DNA of 124,000 nt from NCBI RefSeq assembly GCF_000737315.1, contig NZ_JMCB01000003.1, positions 144,001-268,000 of the forward strand. The letters run 5' to 3'. This DNA comes from Hyalangium minutum. Lineage in GTDB: Bacteria; Myxococcota; Myxococcia; Myxococcales; Myxococcaceae. Below, piece after piece: positions 104,117 through 116,100 of this stretch. Positions within the stretch are counted from its first letter, which is position 1. Each line of letters starts with the position of its first letter. Made by a program: the position numbers and the translations under genes. The notes under the pieces were generated by a model, which searched no databases, was not told where the DNA came from, and worked only from the letters and a program-made list of their open reading frames with translations.

Positions 104117-107100
104117 TCCGCCGCGCTCCGCGATGGCTGTGGCTCGTGCTGGGGCTGGTGACACTGGCCACGGCGTGCGACCGGCGCTCCAGCGAGGAGC
104201 CCGCGTCCGCCGCGCCGCCCGCGCAGGCTGCTCAACAGGCACAGGCGCTGTCCGGAAGCACGTGCGACAGCGTGGCTCCCACCGGCATGGCGCCGGGGTG
104301 GAAGGTGGCGCCGATCCAGGCTGCGGGCCAGAACGTCGCGAGCACGATCTTCCCGGCGTCCGTCGGTGAGCGGGCGATCCTGATCCTGCAGGAGTCGGCG
104401 GAGGCGCTGAATCAGGAGTTCAAGACGGAGGCCTCCCTCAACGGTGTGGACTGGGTGGCCATCTCCCGGCAGAGGCCGCTGGCGGCGCGGGTGGTGCAGC
104501 TGAGTGCCTCGAACCGGCTGGAGCTGGAGACGAACGGAGGCGTGGCACGGACGTCCGTGGCGGCGCTGTCGCCGCTGCCGTGCGCGGCGGTGGAGGCACG
104601 CGTGACGCACGCGGGAGGCTCGGCCGCCACCGTGGAGACGCGCACCTTCACATGGCCCATGGGAGCAGGCCCGGCCCTGCTGGTGGTGGAGTCGGGCAGT
104701 GCGTCGCAGGTGACGGGGCGGGTGGTGCTGGGCAGCCTGACGGTGCAGGTGCCGGCCGCAGGCCAGCTCCCCGTGGTGGAGGTGGTGTCGCCGCAGGCGA
104801 GCAACACGCTGCGAGTCGAGGTGGGAGGCAGCGCGGGCGCGTGGGTCCGGGCAGTGGTGGTGGAGCCGGACATGTTGCCGCCCATCGTGAGCATGGGGCA
104901 GCCCGCGGAGGGCGCGCAGCTGAACGCCTCGCCGGTGGAGGTCCAGGGCACCGCGGGAGCCGGGGCGGTGGCCGTGAAGGTGGGGGCGGTGGACGCGGTG
105001 CTGTCGCAAGGCCAGTACACGGCGCAGGTGCCGCTGGTGGAGGGGCCCAACGCGCTGGTGGCCGAGGTGAGAGACCAGTGCGGCAACGTGGCGCGAGTGT
105101 GCCGGCCGGTGGTGCTGACGACGGCGCCGCCCACCGTTGTTATCGAGGGAGTTACTGACGGCCAGGTCTCGCGCGAGCCACTGCACCCCACGTGGACGGT
105201 GACGAGCAGCGGCCCGGTCACGGTGGAGGCGACGCTGGATGGCGCGCCCTTCGTCGGCGGCACGGCTGTAACGGCCGAGGGCTCGCACGAGCTGCGGGTC
105301 ATGGTGCGGGACGCGGCGGGCCGGGAGGCGCAGGCGCAGGTGGGCTTCGCGATCGACACCACACCGCCGCGACTCACGCTGACAGGAGTGGAAGAGGGGG
105401 AGCGGCGCAATACTCCGGCGGTGCTCGGCTTCACGGTGGAGGAGGAGCACCCGGGCTCGGTGGAGGCCACCCTGGATGGGGCTCCCATGGCCTCGGGGGA
105501 CACGGTCTCGGCGGAGGGCGCGCATGTGTGGACGGTGGCGGCCACGGACGCGGCGGGCAACCGGTCCGAGGTGCAGCGCCACTTCGTGGTGGATGTGACG
105601 GCTCCCACGCTGGAGGTGCTCTCACCCGCGCCGGGCAGCTTCACCCAGGCGGGCTCCGTCGAGGTGGTGGTGGCGGCGGCGGATGACGGGCCGGTGGCGG
105701 GCGTGTGGCTGGGGAACGCGGAGCTGACGCTCGGCACGGACGGGAAGTACCGGAGCCTGGTGGTGTTGGAGGAGGGCAGCAACCTGCTGGTGCTGGTGGC
105801 TCGGGATGCGGCGGGCAACAGCGCGCAGAGCTCGCTGGCCGTGACGCGGGACTCCACGCCGCCCCAGCTCACCCTCACCACCCCGGCCGAGGGCGCGAAG
105901 GTGGCGGGGGACTCGGTGCAGGTGGAGGGACAGGCGCAGGACACCACGCCGCTCACGGTGCGCGTGGCGGGGATGACCGCGGCGGTCGCGGCGGATGGTC
106001 ACTTCCAGCTCTCGGTGGCCGTGGCGCAGGGCCCTGTCTCCCTGGAGGTGGTGGCCACGGATGCGGCGGGGAACACCGCGCGTCTGGTGCGCGGCATCCG
106101 CGTCAACACCACGCCCCCGAGGTTGGATCTGACGGCACCGGCCTCGGGCACGGTCACCGAGGAGTCCTCCATCGAGGTGTCCGGCTTCGCGAGGGCGGCG
106201 GATCGCACGGACACGGTGCGGGTAGAGGTGGCGGGAACCGAGCACGGTGTGAGGGCGGATGGCAGCTTCTCGGTGCAGGTGCCGCTGGAGGTGGGCCTGA
106301 ACACCGTGTCCGTCACGGCGGTGGATGGCTATGGCCTGCGCACCCCGCGCACCGTGCGGGTGGAGCGCCAGGGGCCTCAGGGGCCCGGTCCTGGAGATGG
106401 AGGCTCGGGAGACGGTTCGGGAGGCGGCACGGACGGAGGCTCGGGGGAAGACACCCCGGATGCAGGCAGCGGAGCGCCGGATGCGGGCTCGCCCGGTCCC
106501 GTGCCGGATGGCGGCATCCCGAGCGAGCCTCCGGTGCTGGTGCTGGCCTCGCCCCAGGAGAACAGCCTCTGGGGTGTGGAGCGGGTGTCGGTGCTGGGCC
106601 GTGTGGAGGGCGGAGACCTGCCGCTGCAGGTGACGGTGGATGGACTGCCAGCCGCGGTGACGGGGCGCCAGTTCTCCGCATCGGTGGCGCTGCCTGAAGG
106701 CTCCTCGATGCTGCACGTGCGCGCCGTGGACGCGCTGGGCCGGATCGCCGAGGTGCGGCGGCAGGTGAGGGTGGATCAGACACCGCCCTTCTTGGAAGTG
106801 ACGCGGCCGGAGCAGCCGTCGACGACCGTGAGCGAATCCCCATACCTGGTGGAGGGCCTCGCGGGAGACGCGTACCTCGCGGGCGTCACGGTGAACGGGG
106901 CGCCGGTGATGGTGCTGGCCGGGCACTTCTCGTCCTCGGTGGCCCTGGTCGCGGGAGACAACACCGTGGAGGTGGAGGCGGTGGATCTCGCGGGTAACCG
107001 CTCGCGCGCCGTCCGGACCTTGCGGGTGGAAGCGCTGCCGCCTCAGCTGACCGTGCTGGAGCCGGTCGATGGCTCGGAGGCCACCGAGCCGGTGGTGAGG

Positions 107101-110100
107101 GTGACGGTGAAGGTCGAGTCCTCCGCGCCGCTCGACGAGGTGCGCATCGGCACGGGCATCGCGGCGAACCTGGGCTCGGGCCAGTACACGGCCCAGGTGC
107201 CGCTGGCGCTGGGAGAGAACGTCATCCCCGTGAGCGCGCGGGACACGCTGGGGATGACGGGCTCGGCCACCGTGCGCGTGCGCTACCGCGATCCGAGCAC
107301 TGAGCCGTTGACCGTGACGGGGGTGGATCCCTCGGATCAGGCCACGGAGCTGGAGCCGGACACGCTGGTGAACGTGGCCTTCAACAAGGCCGTGAAGCCT
107401 GCGTCGGTGCGGGCGGGCTTCACGGTGAGCGTGGAAGGGCAGCCGCTGGCGGGCGGCTGGTCCGTCGCGCACGGAGCACAGATCGTCTCCTTCATTGCGC
107501 GCGATCCGCTGCCGGAGGGCGCCACGCTGCAGGTACGGGTAGCGGGCGTGGAGCCGGTGCAGGGGCCGGGGATGCAGGGCGAGTTCCGCAGCATGTTCAC
107601 GGTGCGCCGTCCACTGACCCGGCTGCGCGGCCAGGTGGTGGACGCGCGGCGCGAGCCCGTGTCCGGCGTACGGGTGGAGGTGGAGGGCCAGGGCCTCTTC
107701 ACGCGCACGGGAGCGGACGGCAACTGGGCCCTCTTTGGGGTGCAGCCGGGGCAGGTGGTGCTGCGCTACGAGGGAGGCGCCTCCTCGGAAGGGCAGGTCT
107801 TCCCCACGGTCCGCCGGCGGTTCGCCGTGGAGGCCGAGCGGGACAATGAGGAGTCCACCGTGGTGCTGACGCCCGTGGACGCCGAGTCCGCGGAGCCGGT
107901 GGATACCTCCCTGCCGCTGCACCTCACCTTTGGGGGGAGGCATGGGGCGCTGGAGGTGGACATCCCCGCGGGGGGGCTCATTCTCGAAGGAGGATCGACG
108001 CGCGGCCTGGTGACGCTCACGCAGCTGCCGCTCCACTCGCTCCCGGTGCCCACGGAAGGCGCCTTGCGCCCGGTGGTGGTGTGGCAGCTCCAGCCCGCCG
108101 GGACGCGCCTGGTGCGGCCGGTGGTGCTCCGCCTGCCCAATCGGCTGAGTGCGCCGCCCGGCAGCCGGGCCGCGCTGTTCACGTATGATCCCGAGGCGCA
108201 CCGGCTGCACATCGCGGGGCTGGCCACGCTCAGCGCGGATGGCACACAGCTCGTGTCGGACGGTGTGCTCGAGGCCGGCTCGCTGGAGTACTTCGGCTAC
108301 CTGCCGCTGCCCGAGGAGTCCTCCGTCGCGCGGGCCGGGGCCGTCTCTCCCCGTGTGGCGAACCTGGGCCCGCTGCCCCGGCCACCGTCTGACGGGCTCA
108401 TCCGCCCGCTGACCCAGGGCTTCGGGCTGGATCCTGGCAGCGCGCTCGCCATCTGGGACTCCTACCAGCCCTTCATCGCTCCCGCCGCCGTCATGGGGAC
108501 GGTCCGAGGGCCTCGCGAGCAGGCGGTGGCCCTCGATCTCTCCTCGCCGAGCCTGGGCGAGTCGCGGCGGGTGGCGTTGGATTCGCAGCTGCGCTACCGG
108601 ATGCCGCTCTCGGTTCAGGCCCGCTCGCTCTATCCCCTCTCGAGCAGTGGCCGGGATTCGCTCGTGCTGGCCCTCGAGGGCGTGGGCCCCGAGGGACAAC
108701 GGCTGGGGCCGCCCAGCGGGGGCTCCTGGCGGCAGGAGAGCCCCCAGGGGCAGCGCGCGGAGCTGTCCACGCAGGTCGAACTCTCGCTCGGGACCAGCTC
108801 GCTCTGGGCCACGGGCACCACGGCGCGCGGACGCAACGTACTCCGGCTGAACGCCGAGCTGTCCCTGGCGGATGGAGGCGTACCGGATGGGGGCGCGACC
108901 TCGGGATTGCTGCGCGTCCAGCGGGGGGATGGAGGCTCGGCAGGAGGGGAGGACAGTGAGGGACTGGTCCGCTTCGCGGGCATGCCTGTCCGGGTGACCG
109001 ATGGCTGGCACGAAGGAGGGTCGATCTCCGGCCCGGCGGGCCGGTATGCCGCCTCGATCATCATGCTCCAGTCCTCCTGGATCCCTCCCGCGTCGGTCCT
109101 GGCCTGTGTTCGCCTGCCCATCGGATGGAACGTCCAGAGCTGGGTGGCGTGGGATGGCCGTGTCCGCACGCGCAAGGCCCCCTCCACCGCGGAGGAGTGC
109201 TCGGGCCCCTGGGAAGTCCTGGCCTGGCCTTCGCCCATCATCCCCGACATCGACGTGCTCGTGGATGTGCGGTGGTTGCACGGCAACATCACGTTCGTGG
109301 ATCGGCAGGGCGAGCCGCTCCCGCCGCCGTGCAGCGACTTGGTGGTGCGCCAGGGCACCGAGGTGACCGGGCTGTCGCAAGACGCCGTGCGGAGCACGGA
109401 GGTTCACTTCTTCCGGGAGGATAATCTCTCCACCCCCATCGTCAGCTACGCCGTCGCGGATCCCGAGCAGTGTGACTCGTATCCGGGGGCCCCGCATGGC
109501 CGCTATGCCAAGGTCCGCTACGGTCCCTCCACCCTGAGCCGCGTGGCCTCGCGCCGCGACAGCCAGCGGTTGCTCCCGGGGGACCGGCTGGTGGTGTTCG
109601 CCGTCAACCATGCCACGGGCTATTCGGGCATGGAGGTCGTCACCGTTCCCTCCGTCAACCAATCCTCTCGCGCCGAGGATGGGAGCTGCCCGGCGGATGA
109701 CGCCGCGGGCGGCCCGATGGCCGTGCAAGATGGGAGTCGCACGGTCTCCGTCTCTCGCTGCACGCTGCAGGATCTCGGCATCGAGGCGGATCTCAAGCTG
109801 TACCCGCCGGAGATCGACGTGCGTGTGGAGCGCCAGTCTCGGGCCGAGGGATCTTCCCAGGAGGCCCTGGAGCCCAGCCTTGTCCGCCATAAGGGCGCGG
109901 CCACGACGCGGGACAACTTCGTGAGCGTTGCCACGCACTGGCGCGTCCGGCGCCAGCCCGCGCGCTCGTGGGATCCGGGGGTGTTGCCTCCCGTGAATTC
110001 TTCCTGCGAGGGCGGGAGCCAGGCGGCTGGAAGCACCTGTGCGCCCCAGATCCTCCTGGACGAGGGCCCGCGAGGCACATGGGCGGAGCACTACTGCGGG

Positions 110101-113100
110101 GAACTTCCCGAGCCGCGGACCCCCGAGCAGCAGGCCCTCTGCCTGAAGGATGACCGCGAGCTGGCGGAGGTTCCGGTGGGGGTACCGCCCCTGGCTGGGC
110201 GCGTGGTGCGCATCACTGGCTCGGCGGTGGAGGAGCCAGCGGTGGCGAGCTTCCACGTGGCCCCGGGCCGCTCCACGACGACCGTGCAGACAGCGCTGCG
110301 GCGAGTGGAGCGGGACGGGCGCGAGGTGGTGCTCAACAACCTGACGCGTGCCTACTACTACGTGCAGGTGGTGGGGCACCCCGTGCTCCCGCGGGATCGC
110401 AACAGCGATGGCACGCTGGATCCCTCGGAGGAGAACGCGCCGCCGCCCGACTTCGAGGATGATGAGGACGCCCCGGGGATTCCCGAGGGAGTCGTCACGC
110501 TGAAGAGCGTCTACCGGAGCGTGGAGCCCGAGGGGCGCATCGAGCGCTACGATCGAGCGCTCGAGCACGAGTTCCGGGTGATGGAAGTGGGCTCCTCCCG
110601 GGTCACGGCACGGACGGAGCGGGGCGAGGAGCGCCCGCTGCCCCAGCCGGGGCAGCCTCCGTCGTCTGCGGCCGCCAGCCCGGAGGACGTGGCCTATCAG
110701 TTCCTGCTCAATCTGCTGGAGCCAGAAGATCCGGGGCGGACGGGGCCGCCGAGCAGCCAGTACGTGCTGCGGCTGGGCACGGACTCCTTCGGCATCGAGT
110801 GCCCCATCGAGCTGAACGCCTCGGCGGGCACGCTGCGTGGCACGTGCGAGGGCGAGTACCTGCCGGAGGTGCTGAGCGCGGGGGATGTGCTCTACCTCGA
110901 GGTGTACTTGCGCGGTAACGCGGAGAACGTGCTGTACCGCTTCAACTTCGACGGTCTGTCCATGCGGGAGGACTACCTGGGGGCCTCCAGCCGGTTCACC
111001 GCCCACCGCGCGGTGGAGCAGCAGAATGGCAAGCCCGTGGAGGATCGGCCGATCTCCCGGCTGAACGAGGCGCACTTCTTCCTCTCGCCTCACGAGCTCA
111101 GCTCAGGACGGATCCGGCTCTGCACCAACGCGGAGTGCTCGGGCGACGGGGCGGTCATCAAGGACGCCACCGTCTTGTGGACGGCGGCGGGCTCCTACGC
111201 GGTGAGCGAGCAGGCGACGGGCAGTGCTCCGGGGCGGCTGGTCCAGGAGGTCACGTCAGGCGCAGGGAACGCGCGCCACCTTCGGCTGGGACTGCCTGCC
111301 TCGGTGACGGCGATGCCGGGGATCGCGGCGGCGGGCGCGGGGATCTTCCTGGTCAAGGACAGCGAGTCTCCGCCACGAGCGCGGCAGGTGGAGCGCCTGG
111401 GAACGCCGAAGGGACGCTTCCAGGGGCTGAACGCGCAGGCGCCGGGCCAGGAGGCCGTGGCGGGCATCAATGTGGCGGATCTGCACCTGGCCCTGACGCA
111501 CACGGACTTCGCGGTGCCGCAGCTCGCGGGAGAGGTCTCCTTCTCCAGGACCTATGCCAACCAGAACGATCTGCCCTCGCCCATGGGCGTGGGCTGGAGG
111601 CACGAGCTGGACGGCTTCGTGCTCGAGGAGAGCCTCGGCCGCTATGTCGTGAACCTGGGTGGGCAGGCCTGGGGCTTCATCCGGTGCACCACCGTGGATG
111701 AGGAAGCGCAGACCGCCAGCGGGTGCATGACGGACAAGACCCACGGCATGTCGCTGAAGGTTGACAGCGAGGGCGTCCAGCTCACCACGGAGCAGGGGAG
111801 TGTGTACCGGTTCAACCGGCCGGCGGTGAAGCGGGACCAGGAGGGCCGGCGCAAGTGGCTGCTGACCAAGTTCCACGATGGCCATGGCCGAGGCGAGCAG
111901 GACGGGTGGACGCACCTCACCTATGCCGAGGGCACCAACCGGCTCACGCAAGCGAAGCGCACGCCTGGGGAGCTGTCGCTGGAGCTCAAGTACTGCGAGG
112001 ACTTCTCCCGCGAGGACTGCGATGGCGTGGCGCCGGACGCGCCTGGCAACCTCAAGTTCCTGGCGCGCAGCGAGGGCTTCAAGCTGCTGAAGGGCGTGGT
112101 TCTCAAGAACAGCCAGGGCCAGGAGCTGCACATCGTGCGCTTCAAGCACGACCGGTGGGGCAACCTGCTGGAGGCCGAGCGCACCACGGATCCGCCCACG
112201 CAGAAGTGGAAGTACACCTACGCGCCCATTGCCGATGACGTGCCGTCCATGATGGCCTGGCGTGCCATCAATGAGCTGTCCGAGGCTCGCCTCGAGGTGG
112301 CTGGTCATCCCCAGTGGGTCGCCACCTACGGGCGCGGCGGCGCCGAGTGCTATGCGCACCTCGAGGCCTTCGAGTGTGTGAGCTCGGTGACGCAGACAGG
112401 CTTCATGGGCAACGTCCTTCAGGTGCAGGGCGAGGCGGGCCATCGCCAGCTCAAGCTCCCCACGGGGAACTCCGCGGAGGTGTCACTCAATGAGTATGGG
112501 AACGTCACCTCCTCGGCGTCGGAGGGGCAGGCGGCGCGGCGGCTGACGTGGCCCAGCTCCCAGCGCGGGGGCGAGGTGCGGCTGGAGAAGTCAGTCTCTC
112601 CGAGCGGCCGGACCCTGCGCTATGGCACGGATCACCAGCTGCGCCTGGACGAGGTGAAGCTGGAGGGGAGCTCGGACGTGGTGGGGCTCGAAGCGGGGGC
112701 GCTCGTCTCCGTGTTGGCACGCGATGCCCGGGGCTTGCCTACCTCGGGGAAGCTGTCCACGGCCAATGGTCCGGCCGAGTGGTCCATGCCCCGCTCTCAG
112801 TCGGGGGACGTGCTGGGCCTCTCACTGGGGGGCACGCAGCTCTTCTCGCGGGTCACGGACGAGGAGGGCCGGATCACCTCGGAGCGGGATGCGCTGGGCA
112901 ATACGACCACGTTCACGTTTGGCGCGTTGGGGTTGCCTGTCAGGATCCAGGTGTCCTCGGACTCCGCGACGTCGGGGCTCGTCCGCTACACGCTGGTGCT
113001 GGAGTACGACGCCTATGGGCGTCTGATCCGCCGCTTCAATGAGACGACGGGCGAAGCGGAGTCCTGGCGTTACGACGGCCAGGGCAACATGCTCGAGCAC

Positions 113101-116100
113101 ACGCTCACGGGGGAGCCGTCCGAACGGTGGACGTACACCTATACGTACGGCGATCAGCGGCTCACCGTGGTGGAGCGCCTGGAAGGCACGGCCTACACCC
113201 GCACCGCCCTCTTCGAGCAGGGGCTGCTGAAGAGCGAGCAGCTCAGCTACGGCACGGGCAACGCGTCACGTGCCTATGAGTACGAGGGCGGGCGGCTCAA
113301 GAAGAAGACAGACGAGCTGTCAGTCACCTGGGAATACACCTACGACAGCGCGGGCCGGCTGAAGGTGGTGAAAGCGAATGGCCGGACCGTGGAGTCCTAC
113401 GGGCTGGATGAGGACGGCATCCTCATCTCCACCACGGACCGCGAAGGGCACACCACCCAGATCGGCAACGACTCGCTGGGGAGACCCGTCTCGTGGACCT
113501 ATGAGGATGGGTACAAGGAGGAGGTGCGGCGGGATGCCCAGGGCGCCATCGTCTGGGAGAAGAAAATGTCTCCCGGCGCGGACAGAGCCCACGTCTTCGC
113601 TCAAGAGGTGGACGCGCTCGGACAGGTTCTGAGCCGCCGGAGCGCGGAAAATGGGAGCGGAGTGGAGATCGTCTCCACCTATGACGCCGCGGGGAGAGTG
113701 CGGACGCGAGAGGATCGGGGCAGGGGCCTGAACGAGTCCTTCGAGTATGGTGACGTGCTCGGAAGGCTGACGCGCTATCAGCGGACCGTGGCGTCCGCCG
113801 CGGGGAGCCAGAACTGGATCGAGACCCGTCAATACGTGGATGAAGGGGGCCGCACGGAGCTCCGCATCCTGCGCCAGATCGACACGGGTTTAGGGCCGCG
113901 GCAAGAGAACCAGGTCCTGGTGCTGGATGCGCTGGGGCGGGTGCTGAAGGACCAGCGTCTGGGTGCGGGGGTCTTCGAGTACACCTACGACGCGCGAGGC
114001 AACGTGCTGGAGCGTCGGCACTCCGTGCTGGGAACCACGTCGTATACCTACGACGGGTTGGGGAACCTGCTGTCGATGACGGAGCCGGGGGGCGTCACCA
114101 CCACGTACACGGTGGATGCGGCAGGCCGGGTGCTCACGCAGGAGGGGCCTCACGATCAGGAGCGGTGGACGTTCACCTACGATCTGTTCGACCGGCCGCT
114201 GACGCAGGTGCTGGCGCAGGCCGGGAGCTCGCCGCAGGCTGCGTGGAGCTTCGAGTATCCGGGGAATGGGATCGTCATTGAGACGGATCCTCTGAGTATC
114301 GCGACGACCCGGCGTTTCAACTCGCGCGAGCTGCTGCTCTCGGAGGAGCGAGGGAGCCAGACGGCGGAGTACGCCTACGATGGAACGTGGCCTCGCCTGC
114401 ACCTCATCTCCCATGAAGGTTCGGAGCGGAAGCTGACGCGGAGCTTCGATGACCTCGGGCGGCCGCTCCAGCAGGTGGAGTTCTGGAAACAGGGGGACCA
114501 CTCCTATACGTACAGCACGACCACGGCTTGGACGGGCAGGCGCGGGACTCGCCAGGAGCGGTGGGAGGCCACGGACGCGAGCGTCCGGACGCTCACGGCG
114601 ACGATCCGGGTGGACGGGCTGGGGAACCTCATCGAGCAGGAGCAGGGGGGCCTGACGGACGCTTGGGCCTACGATGCGGCCGGACTGTTGGCACGTGAGG
114701 CACTGGCGGGGCGTCCGGAAAAGCGCTTCTTCTACGAGCAGGATCGGCTCGTCCGGATGGAGAACGGCTCGGAGACGACGCTGTACGAGTATGACGCCGC
114801 GGGCCGGCAGTGGAAGGAGACGGATCCTTCGGGGCGCGAGCGCACGCGGGTCTACAACGCACAGGGCCTGGTGGCGAGCGAGCGCTTCGGAGCAGGGGAG
114901 ACGCTGGAGTCCGCGTACACTTACGATCGAGGCGGGGGCCTCCGGACGCTGACGCGTGGCGGGGCACAGTGGAACTTCACGCATGGGCCTCGGGGGGAAC
115001 TCCAGGCCGTCGAACTTCCGGGCGGGCTGGGGACCTTCACCTATCAATACGATGCCTTGCTGCAGCTCAAGGGGGTGACGCCTCCAGAGGGCGGGGGAGC
115101 AGCGGCACAGACCTTCGCGTATGACAACTGGGGCCGGCAGCTGCGCCGGACCCGAGGCTCCAGCGTCTGGTCCACGGCCTGGCAGGGCGGGTTGAGCACC
115201 ACGAGCGACCCGAATGGCGACGTGGTGGAGCAGCTCTACGACGGCCGCGGCCGCGTCGTGCGTGAGCGCTTCGCTCCCGGGAACAGCAGCCGGCCCTTCC
115301 ATGATCTGACAGCGGTGACGTACGCCTATGACGGGCTCGACCAGCTGCTGTTGGCGCAGGAGAGCCGCATCTCGGGAGCGGTCTCCAATGTGTATGACTA
115401 TGACGGGCGGAGCCGGCTGATCTCGATGCGGCGCGGCAGCGAGGAGATCTCATACACATACACGGAGAGCGGGCAGAAGCGGACGGTCACGTCTCCGTCC
115501 GGCACGTTGCGCTACGAATACGACGCGCAGGATCGGGTGCGGCGCATCGAGAGCAGCCAGGGGCCGGTGGTGGCGGTGGGCTGGGAGCCGGGAGGTCTGC
115601 TCTCGGAGGTCAGTGGCAACGGGGTGGTGGAGCGGTACGCGTATTGGGGCCATGGGCTCATCCGCTCCATCGCTTCGCAGTGGGACGGCCCCTCGGCGGG
115701 CACGCTGCGGTACGAGTACGGCTACGATGTGCGCGGCAACCGCCTGGAAGAGCGCTACACGGCACCGGGGGCCACGGCGTTCGAGGTGACGCAATTCGGG
115801 TACGACGCGGCGGACCGGCTGACCGGGGTGCGCTACCCCACAGGCGAGGCCGAACTCTACCTCCTGGCAGCTGACGGCTCGCGCCTGGAGGAGAAGCACC
115901 TGCAGGGGTACTCAGGGGGACTGACTCCCCAGGCGCTGGCCAACGCCACGAATGCCACCCAGCACTGGCGGTACGCGTATGACACCGCGGGAGGGCTGCA
116001 ACGCATTGATGACGTGTTGACGGGGGGCGTGGAAGCCCAGGTCACCACGGACGCGGGAGGCCGCGTCGTCGCGGAGATGCGAGGTGGCACCACGCGGCAG

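Noticed and set aside
78375-111093. Very long minus-strand ORFs (78375..83060, 85302..94286, 105622..111093) and many similar ones such as 41733..45050
   Set aside because: Antisense shadows of GC3-rich genes; R/H/G/Q-rich translations without motifs
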